From: the human T2T-CHM13v2.0 reference genome, Homo sapiens
Length of the DNA: 64,000 nt
Assembly (NCBI RefSeq): GCF_009914755.1
Contig: NC_060948.1
Strand: one strand, 5' to 3'
The notes under the pieces were generated by a model. It was not told the origin of the DNA and did not search any database. It saw only the letters and a program-made list of their open reading frames with translations. A program made the position numbers and the translations under genes. Positions 42,771-56,981 of the stretch are shown here, in pieces. How positions within the stretch are numbered: position 1 is the stretch's first letter; every line of letters starts with the position of its first letter.

Positions 42771-45700
42771 TGGAAAGGCTGGGTGTCGAAAGGAATTGAC
42801 TCCAATGGAATGGAATCGAATGGAATGGAAGTGAATAGAATCGAACTAAATCGAATGGAATGGAATTGATAGGAACGGAATGGAAAGGAATGCAATGATT
42901 TGGCATGGAATGGAATCGAATGGCATCGAATGGAATGGAATGGAATGCAATGGAATGGAATGTATTAGAATGTAATGAACTTTAATGGAATGTACTCGAA
43001 TGGATTCGACTGGAATGGAATGTTCTGGAAGTGAATGGACTCCAATGGAATGGATTCAAAAGGAATGGAATCGTACGGAATGGAATCTAATGGAATGGAA
43101 TTAAATGGAAATGAATCAAATTGAATAGCACGGAATTGAATTGAATGGAATGGAATGCAATGGAATCTAATGAAACGGAAAGGAAAGGAATGGAATGGAA
43201 TGGAATGGGCTGGAATGGAAAGGAATCGAAACGAATGGAATGGAATCGAACTGAAGAGACTGGAATGGAATGCACTGGAATGGAAGGGAGTGTAATGGAA
43301 GGTTCTCGAAAAAAATGGAATCGAATGGAATGGAATTGAATGGAACGGAATAGAGTCGAATGGAATTGAATGGAATGGAATGGACTAGAGTGAAATGGAA
43401 TCGAACCACAAGGAATGGACAGGAATAGAATGGTCTCGAATTGAATGGAATCGTATGGAATGGCATCAAACGGAATGGAATGGACAGCCACGGAATGGAA
43501 TGCACTCGAATGCAATGGAGTCGAAACTAATGGACTGGAATAGAATGGACTCGACTGGTACGGACTCCAATGGAATGGAATCGAATGGAAGGGAATCGAA
43601 CGGAATGGACTCGAAGGGAAAAGACTGCAATGGAAAGGTCTCGAATGGAATGGAAATTAATAGAATGGAATGGAATCGAATGAAATGGAGTCAAAAGGAA
43701 TGGAATCGAATGGCAAGAAATCGAATGTAATGGAATCGCAAGGAATTGATGTGAACGGAACGGAATGGAATGGAATCCAAAGGAATGGAATAGAATGGAA
43801 TGGAATCGAATGGAAAGGACTCGAATGGAAATCACTCGAATAGAATGCAATTTAATAAAATAGGATCAAATGTAATGGAATGGAATGGAAAGGAATCGAA
43901 ACGAAAGGAATGGAGACAGATGGAATGGAATGGAACAGAGAGCAATGGTATAGAATGGAATGGAATCATCTGGAATGGAATTGAATGGAATGGAATAATA
44001 TGAAATGGAATGGAATGGAATGGAATGGAATGCCCTTGAATTAAATGGACTGGAATGGAATGGACTCGAACATAGTGGAATGGAAAGTGTTGAGATAGAA
44101 TGGAATGGACTCCTTTGGAATGGTCTAGTATGCAATGCAATCGACTGGTAGGGAATCAAATGGAATGTAATCGAATGGATTGGACTGGAATGCAATGGAC
44201 TCGAATAGATTGGAAACGGAATGCAAAGGAATGGAATGGATTAGTATGGAATGGAATGGAAAGGAATGGAGTGGAATAGACTAGAGTGGAATGGAATGGA
44301 CTGGAAAGCAATGGACTGGAATGGAACTTTCTTGAATGGACTGGAATGAAACGGAATGGAATGCAATGCAATCAAATGGCATGGAATAAAATAGAATGAA
44401 AGAGAATCAAATGGAATTGAATCAAATGGAATCGAATGGATTGGAAAGGAATAGAATGGAATGGAATGGAATTGACTCAAATGGAATGGACTAGAATGGA
44501 ATGGATTCGAATGGAAGGCAAAGGAATGGAATCTATTGGAATGGACTGTAATGGAATGGAATGGAAGGGATTGGAATGGACTCGAATGGAATGGACTGCA
44601 ATAGAAAGGATTCGAATGGAATGAAAAAGAATTGAATGGAATAGAACAGAATGGAATCAAATCGAATGAAATGGAATGGAATAGAAAGGAATGGAATGAA
44701 ATGGAATGGAAAGGATTCGAATGGAATGCAATCGAATGGAATGGAATCGAACGGAATGGAATAAAATGGAAGAAAACTGGCAAGAAATGGAATCGAAATG
44801 AATGGAGTGTTATGGAACAGACTCAAAAGGAATTGAATGTAATAGAATGGAGTGGAGTGGACTCGAATATAATGGACTGGAATGGAATGAAATCACATGG
44901 AATGGGAACGAATGGAATGGAATGGAAAGGAATGGAATCGAATGGAAAGGAATCGAATGGAAGGGAATGAAATTGAATCAACAGGAATGGAAGGAAGTAG
45001 AATAGACGGTAATGGAATGGACTCGAATAGAATGGACACGAATGCTCAAATTGAATGGACTCGAATGGAATGGAAACGAAAGGAATGTCATCGAATGGAA
45101 TTGAATCGATTGGAATGAAATCGCATAGAATGGAGTGGAATCAAATGGAATTGAATCGAAAGGAAAGGAAGCGAATGGACTGAAATGAAATGGAATGGAA
45201 TTGAATGGAAAGTAATGCAATGGAATAGAATGGAACGAAATTTCACGGAATGGAATCAAACTGAATGGAATCAAATCAATGGAATCTAATCAAATGGAAT
45301 GGAAAGGAATTGAATGGAGTAGATTGGATTGGATGGGATTGGAATGAAATGTACTGGAAAGGACTCGAATTTCATGAAACGGAATGGAATGAATTGGAAC
45401 GGAACGGACTCGAATGGAATGGAATGTCATGGAATGGCATCAAATGGAATGGCATCAAATGGAATGGAATCGAATGCAATGGAATGCTATGGAATGGAAT
45501 GGAATGCATTGGAATGGAATGTCCTCAAATGGAATGGATTCGAGTGGAATGGAATCGAATATAATGGAGTCGAATGAAATGGAATTGAAAGGAATGGGAT
45601 CGAATAGAATGGAATATACTGAAATGTAATGTAATGAACTCGAATGTAATTGACTGGAATGGAATGTACATGAATGGAATGTAATCGAATGGAAAGTAAT

Positions 45701-46329
45701 CCAATGGAATAGTATCTAATGCAATAAAACCGACTCAGATAGAGTAGAATGTAATGGAATGGAGTGCAGTGCAATGGAATGGAATGGAATTGAATGCAAT
45801 GGAATGCAATGGAATGGAATGGAATGGAATGGAATGGGATGGAATGGTATGGAATGGATAGTAATGGACTGGAGTGAAATGGACTGGAAAGGAATGGACT
45901 CAAATTGAAAGGGCTCGAAAGGAATGGAGTCAAATGGAATGGTCTGGAATGGAATGAAAACGAATGTAATGCAATCCAATAGAATGGAAACGAATGGCAT
46001 GGAATATAAAGAAATGGAATCGAAGAGAATGGAAACAAATGGAATGGAATTGAATGGAATGGAATTGAATGGAATGGGAACGAATGGAGTGAAATTGTAT
46101 GCAGTAGAAGGGAATAGAATGGAATGCAAGCGAAAGGAAAGGAATGGATTGGAATGGAATGGAATTCATTGGAATGGAAGGGAATGTAGTGTAATGGACA
46201 GGCCTGGAATAAAGTGGAATGCTACGGTCTCGAATGGAATAAAAATGTATGGAATGGAATGCAATGAAACGGAATCGAATGTCATAGAATGTAATGGAAT
46301 GCAACAAAATGGAATCCAAAATCATTGAC
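42771..46329 (+). repeat. DYZ1 unit 13 (3559 bp)
   Basis: Landmark at 42771 and 46330. Confidence 0.93.
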
Positions 46330-49300
46330 TGGAAAGGCTGGGTGTCGAAAGGAATTGACTCCAATGGAATGGAATCGAATGGAATGGAAGTGAATAGAAT
46401 CGAACTAAATCGAATGGAATGGAATTGATAGGAACGGAATGGAAACGAATGCAATGATTTGGCATGGAATGGAATCGAATGGCATCGAATGGAATGGAAT
46501 GGAATGCAATGGAATGGAATGTATTAGAATGTAATGAACTTTAATGGAATGTACTCGAATGGATTCGACTGGAATGGAATGTTCTGGAAGTGAATGGACT
46601 CCAATGGAATGGATTCAAAACGAATGGAATCGTACGGAATGGAATCTAATGGAATGGAATTAAATGGAAATGAATCAAATTGAATAGCACGGAATTGAAT
46701 TGAATGGAATCGAATGCAATGGAATCTAATGAAACGGAAAGGAAAGGAATGCAATGGAATGGAATGGGCTGGAATGGAAAGGAATCGAAACGAATGGAAT
46801 GGAATCGAACTGAAGAGACTGGAATGGAATGCACTGGAATGGAAGGGAGTGTAATGGAAGGTTCTCGAAAAAAATGGAATCGAATGGAATGGAATTGAAT
46901 GGAACGGAATAGAGTCGAATGGAATTGAATGGAATGGAATGGACTAGAGTGAAATGGAATCGAACCACAAGGAATGGACAGGAATAGAATGGTCTCGAAT
47001 TGAATGGAATCGTATGGAATGGCATCAAACGGAATGGAATGGACAGCCACGGAATGGAATGCACTCGAATGCAATGGAGTGGAAACTAATGGACTGGAAT
47101 AGAATGGACTCGACTGGTACGGACTCCAATGGAAGGGAATCGAATGGAAGGGAATCGAACGGAATGGACTCGAAGGGAAAAGACTGCAATGGAAAGGTCT
47201 CGAATGGAATGGAAATTAATGGAATGGAATGGAATCGAATGAAATGGAGTCAAAAGGAATGGAATCGAATGGCAAGAAATCGAATGTAATGGAATCGCAA
47301 GGAATTGATGTGAACGGAACGGAATGGAATGGAATCCAAAGGAATGGAATAGAATGGAATGGAATCGAATGGAAAGGACTCGAATGGAAATCACTCGAAT
47401 AGAATGCAATTTAATAAAATAGGATCAAATGTAATGGAATGGAATGGAAAGGAATCGAAACGAAAGGAATGGAGACAGATGGAATGGAATGGAACAGAGA
47501 GCAATGGTATAGAATGGAATGGAATCATCTGGAATGGAATTGAATGGAATGGAATAATATGAAATGGAATGGAATGGAATGGAATGGAATGCCCTTGAAT
47601 TAAATGGACTGGAATGGAATGGACTCGAACAGAGTGGAATGGAAAGTGTTGAGATAGAATGGAATGGACTCGTTTGGAATGGTGTAGTATGCAATGCAAT
47701 CGACTGGCAGGGAATCAAAAGGAATGTAATCGAATGGATTGGACTGGAATGCAATGGACTCGAATAGATTGCAAACGGAATGCAAAGGAATGGAATGGAA
47801 TAGTATGGAATGGAATGGAAAGGAATGGAGTGGAATAGACTAGAGTGGAATGGAATGGACTGGAAAGCAATGGACTGGAATGGAACTTTCTTGAATGGAC
47901 TGGAATCAAACGGAATGGAATGCAATGCAATCAAATGGCATGGAATAAAATAGAATGAAAGAGAATCAAATGGAATTGAATCGAATGGAATCGAATGGAT
48001 TGGAAAGGAATAGAATGGAATGGAATGGAATGGACTAGAATGGAATGGATTCGAATGGAAGGCAAAGGAATGGAATCTATTGGAATGGACTGTAATGGAA
48101 TGGAATGGAAGGGATTGGAATGGACTCGAATGGAATGGACTGCAATAGAAAGGATTCGAATGGAATGAAAAAGAATTGAATGGAATAGAACAGAATGGAA
48201 TCAAATCGAATGAAATGGAATGGAATAGAAAGGAATGGAATGAAATGGAATGGAAAGGATTCGAATGGAATGCAATCGAATGGAATGGAATCGAACGGAA
48301 TGGAATAAAATGGAAGAAAACTGGCAAGAAATGGAATCGAAATGAATGGAGTGTTATGGAACGGACTCAAAAGGAATTGAATGTAATAGAATGGAGTGGA
48401 GTGGACTCGAATATAATGGACTGGAATGGAATGAAATCACATGGAATGGGAACGAATGGAATGGAATGGAAAGGAATGGAATCGAATGGAAAGGAATCGA
48501 ATGGAAGGGAATGAAATTGAATCAACAGGAATGGAAGGGAATAGAATAGACGGTAATGGAATGGACTCGAATAGAATGGACACGAATGCTCAAATTGAAT
48601 GGACTCGAATGGAATGGAAACGAAAGGAATGTCATCGAATGGAATTGAATCGATTGGAATGAAATCGCATAGAATGGAGTGGAATCAAATGGAATTGAAT
48701 CGAAAGGAAAGGAAGCGAATGGACTGAAATGAAATGGAATGGAATTGAATGGAAAGTAATGCAATGGAATAGAATGGAACGAAATTTCACGGAATGGAAT
48801 CAAACTGAATGGAATCAAATCAATGGAATCCAATCAAATGGAATGGAGTAGATTGGATTGGATGGGATTGGAATGAAATGTACTGGAAAGGACTCGAATT
48901 TCATGAAACGGAATGGAATGAATTGGAACGGAATGGACTCGAATGGAATGGAATGTCATAGAATGGCATCAAATGGAATGGCATCAAATGGAATGGAATC
49001 GAATGCAATGGAATGCTATGGAATGGAATGGAATGCATTGGAATGGAATGTCCTCTAATGGAATGGATTCGAGTGGAATGGAATCGAATATAATGGAGTC
49101 GAATGAAATGGAATTGAAAGGAATGGGATCGAATAGAATGGAATATACTGGAATGTAATGTAATGAACTCGAATGTAATTGACTGGAATGGAATGTACAT
49201 GAATGGAATGTAATCGAACGGAAAGTAATCCAATGGAATAGAATCTAATGCAATAAAATCGACTCAGATAGAGTAGAATGTAATGGAATGGGGTGCAGTG

Positions 49301-49858
49301 CAATGGAATGGAATGGAATGGAATGCAATGGAATGGAATGGAATGGAATGGAATGGAATGGAATGGGATGGAATGGTACGGAATGGATGGTAATGGACTG
49401 GAGTGAAATGGACTGGAAAGGAATGGACTCAAATTGAAAGGGCTGGAAAGGAATGGAGTCAAATGGAATGGTCTGGAATGGAATGAACACGAAAGTAATG
49501 CAATCCAATAGAATGGAATCGAATGGCAAGGAATATAATGAAATGGAATCGAAGAGAATTGAAACAAATGGAATGGAATTGAATGGAATGGAATTGAATG
49601 GAATGGGAACGAATGGAGTGAAATTGTATGCAGTAGAAGGGAATAGAATGGAATGCAAGCGAAAGGAAAGGAATGGATTGGAATGGAATGGAATTCATTG
49701 GAATGGAAGGGAATGTAGTGTAATGGACAGGCCTGGAATAAAGTGGAATGCTACGGTCTCGAATGGAATAAAAATGTATGGAATGGAATGCAATGAAACG
49801 GAATCGAATGTCATAGAATGTAATGGAATGCAAAATAATGGAATCCAAAATCATTGAC
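46330..49858 (+). repeat. DYZ1 unit 14 (3529 bp)
   Basis: Landmark spacing; two 15-bp deletions (near 48030 and 48845). Confidence 0.93.
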
Positions 49859-52800
49859 TGGAAAGGCTGGGTGTCGAAAGGAATTGACTCCAATGGAATG
49901 GAATCGAATGGAATGGAAGTGAATAGAATCGAACTAAATCGAATGGAATGGAATTGATAGGAACGGAATGGAAAGGAATGCAATGATTTGGCACGGAATG
50001 GAATCGAATGGCATCGAACGGAATGGAATGGAATGCAATTGAATGGAACGTATTAGAATGTAATGAACTTTAATGGAATGTACTCGAATGGATTCGACTG
50101 GAATGGAATGTTGTGGAAGTGAATGGACTCCAATGGAATGGATTCAAAAGGAATGGAATCGTACGGAATGGAATCTAATGGAATGGAATTAAATGGAAAT
50201 GAATCAAATTGAATAGCATGGAATTGAATTGAATGGAATCGAATGCAATGGAATCTAATGAAACGGAAAGGAAAGGAATGGAATGGAATGGAATGGGCTG
50301 GAATGGAAAGGAATCGAAACGAATGGAATGGAATCGAACTGACGAGACTGGAATGGAATGCACTGGAATGGAAGGGAGTGTAATGGAAGGTTCTCGAAAA
50401 AAATGGAATCGAATGGAATGGAATTGAATGGAACGGAATAGAGTCGAATGGAATTGAATGGAATGGAATGGACTAGAGTGAAATGGAATCGAACCACAAG
50501 GAATGGAGAGGAATAGAATGGTCTCGAATTGAATGGAATCGTATGGAATGGCATCAAACGGAATGGAATGGACAGCCACGGAATGGAATGCACTCGAATG
50601 CAATGGAGTCGAAACTAATGGAATGGAATAGAATGGATTCGACTGGTACGGACTCCAATGGAATGGAATCGAATGGAAGGGAATCGAACGGAATGGACTC
50701 GAAGGGAAAAGACTGCAATGGAAAGGTCTCGAATGGAATGGAAATTAATGGAATGGAATGGAATCGAATGAAATGGAGTCAAAAGGAATGGAATCGAATG
50801 GCAAGAAATCGAATGTAATGGAATCGCAAGGAATTGATGTGAACGGAACGGAATGGAATGGAATCCAAAGGAATGGAATAGAATGGAATGGAATCGAATG
50901 GAAAGGACTCGAATGGAAATCACTCGAATAGAATGCAATTTAATAAAATAGGATCAAATGTAATGGAATGGAATGGAAAGGAATCGAAACGAAAGGAATG
51001 GAGACAGATGGAATGGAATGGAACAGAGAGCAATGGTATAGAATGGAATGGAATCATCTGGAATGGAATTGAATGGAATGGAATAATATGAAATGGAATG
51101 GAATGGAATGGAATGGAATGCCCTTGAATTAAATGGACGGGAATGGAATGGACTCGAACAGAGTGGAATGGAAAGTGTTGAGATAGAATGGAATGGACTC
51201 GTTTGGAATGGTCTAGTATGCAATGCAATCGACTGGCAGGGAATCAAAAGGAATGTAATGGAATGGATTGGACTGTAATGCAATGGACTCGAATAGATTG
51301 GAAACGGAATGCAAAGGAATGGAATGGAATAGTATGGAATGGAATGGAAAGGAATGGAGTGGAATAGACTAGAGTGGAATGGAATGGACTGGAAAGCAAT
51401 AGACTGGAATGGAACTTTCTTGAATGGACTGGAATCAAACGGAATGGAATGCAATGCAATCAAATGGCATGGAATAAAATAGAATGAAAGAGAATCAAAT
51501 GGAATTGAATCGAATGGAATCGAATGGATTGGAAAGGAATAGAATGGAATGGAATGGAATTGACTCAAATGGAATGGACTAGAATGGAATGGATTCGAAT
51601 GGAAGGCAAAGGAATGGAATCTATTGGAATGGACTGTAATGGAATGGAATGGAAGGGATTGGAATGGACTCGAATGGAATGGACTGCAATAGAAAGGATT
51701 CGAATGGAATGAAAAAGAATTGAATGGAATAGAACAGAATGGAATCAAATCGAATGAAATGGAATGGAATAGAAAGGAATGGAATGAAATGGAATGGATA
51801 GGATTCGAATGGAATGCAATCGAATGGAATGGAATTGAACGGAATGGAATAAAATGGAAGAAAACTGGCAAGAAATGGAATCGAAATGAATGGAGTGTTA
51901 TGGAACGGACTCAAAAGGAATTGAATGTAATAGAATGGAGTGGAGTGGACTCGAATATAATGGACTGGAATGGAATGAAATCACATGGAATGGGAACGAA
52001 TGGAATGGAATGGAAAGGAATGGAATCGAATGGAAAGGAATCGAATGGAAGGGAATGAAATTGAATCAACAGGAATGGAAGGGAATAGAATAGACGGTAA
52101 TGGAATGGACTCGAATTGAATGGACACGAATGCTCAAATTGAATGGACTCGAATGGAATGGAAACGAAAGGAATGTCATCGAATGGAATTGAATCGATTG
52201 GAATGAAATCGCATAGAATGGAGTGGAATCAAATGGAATTGAATCGAAAGGAAAGGAAGCGAATGGACTGAAATGAAATGGAATGGAATTGAATGGAAAG
52301 TAATGCAATGGAATAGAATGGAACGAAATTTCACGGAATGGAATCAAACTGAATGGAATCAAATCAATGGAATCTAATCAAATGGAATGGAAAGGAATTG
52401 AATGGAGTAGATTGGATTGGATGGGATTGGAATGAAATGTACTGGAAAGGACTCGAATTTCATGAAACGGAATGGAATGAATTGGAACGGAATGGACTCG
52501 AATGGAATGGAATGTCATGGAATGGCATCAAATGGAATGGCATCAAATGGAATGGAATCGAATGCAATGGAATGCTATGGAATGGAATGGAATGCATTGG
52601 AATGGAATGTCCTCTAATGGAATGGATTCGAGTGGAATGGAATCGAATATAATGGAGTCGAATGAAATGGAATTGAAAAGAATGGGATCGAATACAATGG
52701 AATATACTGGAATGTAATGTAATGAACTCGAATGTAATTGACTGGAATGGAATGTACATGAATGGAATGTAATCGAATGGAAAGTAATCCAATGGAATAG

Positions 52801-53407
52801 AAACTAATGCAATAAAATCGACTCAAATAGAGTAGAATGTAATGGAATGGAGTGCAGTGCAATGGAATGGAATGGAATGGAATGCAATGGAATGGAATGG
52901 ATTGGAATGGAATGGGATGGAATGGTGTGGAATGGATAGTAATGGACTGGTGTGAAATGGACTGGAAAGGAATGGACTCAAATTGAAAGGGCTCGAAAGG
53001 AATGGAGTCAAATGGAATGGTCTGGAATGGAATGAACACGAATGTAATGCAATCCAATAGAATGGAATCGAATGGCATGGAATATAAAGAAATGGAATCG
53101 AAGAGAATGGAAACAAATGGAATGGAATTGAATGGAATGGAATTGAATGGAATGGGAACGAATGGAGTGAAATTGTATGCAGTAGAAGAGAATAGAATGG
53201 AATGCAAGTGAAAGGAAAGGAATGGATTGGAATGGAATGGAATTCATTGGAATGGAAGGGAATGTAGTGTAATGGACAGGCCTGGAATAAAGTGGAATGC
53301 TACGGTCTCGAATGGAATAAAAATGTATGGAATGGAATGCAATGAAACGGAATCGAATGTCATAGAATGTAATGGAATGCAAAAAAATGGAATCCAAAAT
53401 CATTGAC
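49859..53407 (+). repeat. DYZ1 unit 15 (3549 bp)
   Basis: Landmark spacing; distal part carries the unit 9-12 haplotype. Confidence 0.93.
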
Positions 53408-56400
53408 TGGAAAGGCTGGGTGTCGAAAGGAATTGACTCCAATGGAATGGAATCGAATGGAATGGAAGTGAATAGAATCGAACTAAATCGAATGGAATGG
53501 AATTGATAGGAACGGAATGGAAAGGAATGCAATGATTTGGCATGGAATGGAATCGAATGGCATCGAATGGAATGGAATGGAATGCAATGGAATGGAATGT
53601 ATTAGAATGTAATGAACTTTAATGGAATGTACTCGAATGGATTCGACTGGAATGGAATGTTCTGGAAGTGAATGGACTCCAATGGAATGGATTCAAAAGG
53701 AATGGAATCGTACGGAATGGAATCTAATGGAATGGAATTAAATGGAAATGAATCAAATTGAATAGCACGGAATTGAATTGAATGGAATCGAATGCAATGG
53801 AATCTAATGAAACGGAAAGGAAAGGAATGGAATGGAATGGAATGGGCTGGAATGGAAAGGAATCGAAACGAATGGAATGGAATCGAACTGAAGAGACTGG
53901 AATGGAATGCACTGGAATGGAAGGGAGTGTAATGGAAGGTTCTCGAAAAAAATGGAATCGAATGGAATGGAATTGAATGGAACGGAATAGAGTCGAATGG
54001 AATTGAATGGAATGGAATGGACTAGAGTGAAATGGAATCGAACCACAAGGAATGGACAGGAATAGAATGGTCTCGAATTGAATGGAATCGTATGGAATGG
54101 CATCAAACGGAATGGAATGGACAGCCACGGAATGGAATGCACTCGAATGCAATGGAGTCGAAACTAATGGACTGGAATAGAATGGACTCGACTGGTACGG
54201 ACTCCAATGGAATGGAATCGAATGGAAGGGAATCGAACGGAATGGACTCGAAGGGAAAAGACTGCAATGGAAAGGTCTCGAATGGAATGGAAATTAATGG
54301 AATGGAATGGAATCGAATGAAATGGAGTCAAAAGGAATGGAATCGAATGGCAAGAAATCGAATGTAATGGAATCGCAAGGAATTGATGTGAACGGAACGG
54401 AATGGAATGGAATCCAAAGGAATGGAATAGAATGGAATGGAATCGAATGGAAAGGACTCGAATGGAAATCACTCGAATAGAATGCAATTTAATAAAATAG
54501 GATCAAATGTAATGGAATGGAATGGAAAGGAATCGAAACGAAAGGAATGGAGACAGATGGAATGGAATAGAACAGAGAGCAATGGTATAGAATGGAATGG
54601 AATCATCTGGAATGGAATTGAATGGAATGGAATAATATGAAATGGAATGGAATGGAATGGAATGGAATGCCCTTGAATTAAATGGACTGGAATGGAATGG
54701 ACTCGAACAGAGTGGAATGGAAAGTGTTGAGATAGAATGGAATGGACTCCTTTGGAATGGTGTAGTATGCAATGCAATCGACTGGCAGGGAATCAAAAGG
54801 AATGTAATCGAATGGATTGGACTGGAATGCAATGGACTCGAATAGATTGCAAACGGAATGCAAAGGAATGGAATGGAATAGTATGGAATGGAATGGAAAG
54901 GAATGGAGTGGAATAGACTAGAGTGGAATGGAATGGACTGGAAAGCAATGGACTGGAATGGAACTTTCTTGAATGGACTGGAATCAAATGGAATGGAATG
55001 CAATGCAATCAAATGGCATGGAATAAAATAGAATGAAAGAGAATCAAATGGAATTGAATCGAATGGAATCGAATGGATTGGAAAGGAATAGAATGGAATG
55101 GAATGGAATTGACTCAAATGGAATGGACTAGAATGGAATGGATTCGAATGGAAGGCAAAGGAATGGAATCTATTGGAATGGACTGTAATGGAATGGAATG
55201 GAAGGGATTGGAATGGACTCAAATGGAATGGACTGCAATAGAAAGGATTCGAATGGAATGAAAAAGAATTGAATGGTATAGAACAGAATGGAATCAAATC
55301 GAATGAAATGGAATGGAATATAAAGGAATGGAATGAAATGGAATGGAAAGGATTCGAATGGAATGCAATCGAATGGAATGGAATCGAACGGAATGGAATA
55401 AAATAGAAGAAAACTGGCAAGAAATGGAATCGAAATGAATGGAGTGTTATGGAACGGACTCAAAAGGAATTGAATGTAATAGAATGGAGTGGAGTGGACT
55501 CGAATATAATGGACTGGAATGGAATGAAATCACATGGAATGGGAACGAATGGAATGGAATGGAAAGGAATGGAATCGAATGGAATCGAATTGAAAGGAAT
55601 CGAATGGAAGGGAATGAAATTGAATCAACAGGAATGGAAGGGAATAGAATAGACGGTAATGGAATGGACTCGAATAGAATGGACACGAATGCTCAAATTG
55701 AATGGACTTGAATGGAATGGAAACGAAAGGAATGTCATCGAATGGAATTGAATCGATTGGAATGAAATCGCATAGAATGGAGTGGAATCAAATGGAATTG
55801 AATCGAAAGGAAAGGAAGCGAATGGACTGAAATGAAATGGAATGGAATTGAATGGAAAGTTATGTAATAGAATAGAATGGAACGAAATTTCACTGAATGG
55901 AATCAAACTGAATGGAATCAAATCAATGGAATCAAATCAAATGGAATGGAAAGGAATTGAATGGAGTAGATTGGATTGGATGGGATTGGAATGAAATGTA
56001 CTGGAAAGGACTCGAATTTCATGAAACGGAATGCAATGAATTGGAACGGAACGGACTCGAATGGAATGGAATGTCATGGAATGGCATCAAATGGAATGGC
56101 ATCAAATGGAATGGAATCGAATGCAATGGAATGCTATGGAATGGAATGGAATGCATTGGGATGGAATGTCCTCTAATGGAATGGATTCGAGTGGAATGGA
56201 ATCGAATATAATGGAGTCGAATGAAATGGAATTGAAAGGAATGGGATCGAATACAATGCAATATACTGGAATGTAATGTAATGAACTCGAATGTAATTGA
56301 CTGGAATGGAATGTACATGAATGGAATGTAATCGAATGGAAAGTAATCCAATGGAATAGAATCTAATGCAATAAAATCGACTCAGATAGAGTAGAATGTA

Positions 56401-56981
56401 ATGGAATGGAGTGCAGGGCCATGGAATGGAATGGAATGGAATGGAATGGAATGGAATGCAATGGAATGGAATGGAATGGAATGGAATGGGATGGAATGGT
56501 GTGGAATGGATAGTAATGGACTGGAGTGAAATGGACTGGAAAGGAATGGACTCAAATTGAAAGGGCTCGAAAGGAATGGAGTCAAATGGAATGGTCTGGA
56601 ATGGAATGAACACGAATGTAATGCAATCGAATAGAATGGAATCGAATGGCATGGAATATAAAGAAATGGAATCGAAGAGAATGGAAACAAATGGAATGGA
56701 ATTGAATGGAATGGAATTGAATGGAATGGGAACGAATGGAGTGAAATTGTATGCAGTAGAAGAGAATAGAATGGAATGCAAGCGAAAGGAAAGGAATGGA
56801 TTGGAATGGAATGGAATTCATTGGAATGGAAGGGAATGTAGTGTAATGGACAGGCCTGGAATAAAGTGGAATGCTACGGTCTCGAATGGAATAAAAATGT
56901 ATGGAATGGAATGCAATGAAACGGAATCGAATGTCATAGAATGTAATGGAATGCAACAAAATGGAATCCAAAATCATTGAC
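53408..56981 (+). repeat. DYZ1 unit 16 (3574 bp)
   Basis: Landmark spacing; 10-bp duplication GGAATCGAAT near 55581; private GGCC at 56417. Confidence 0.93.
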
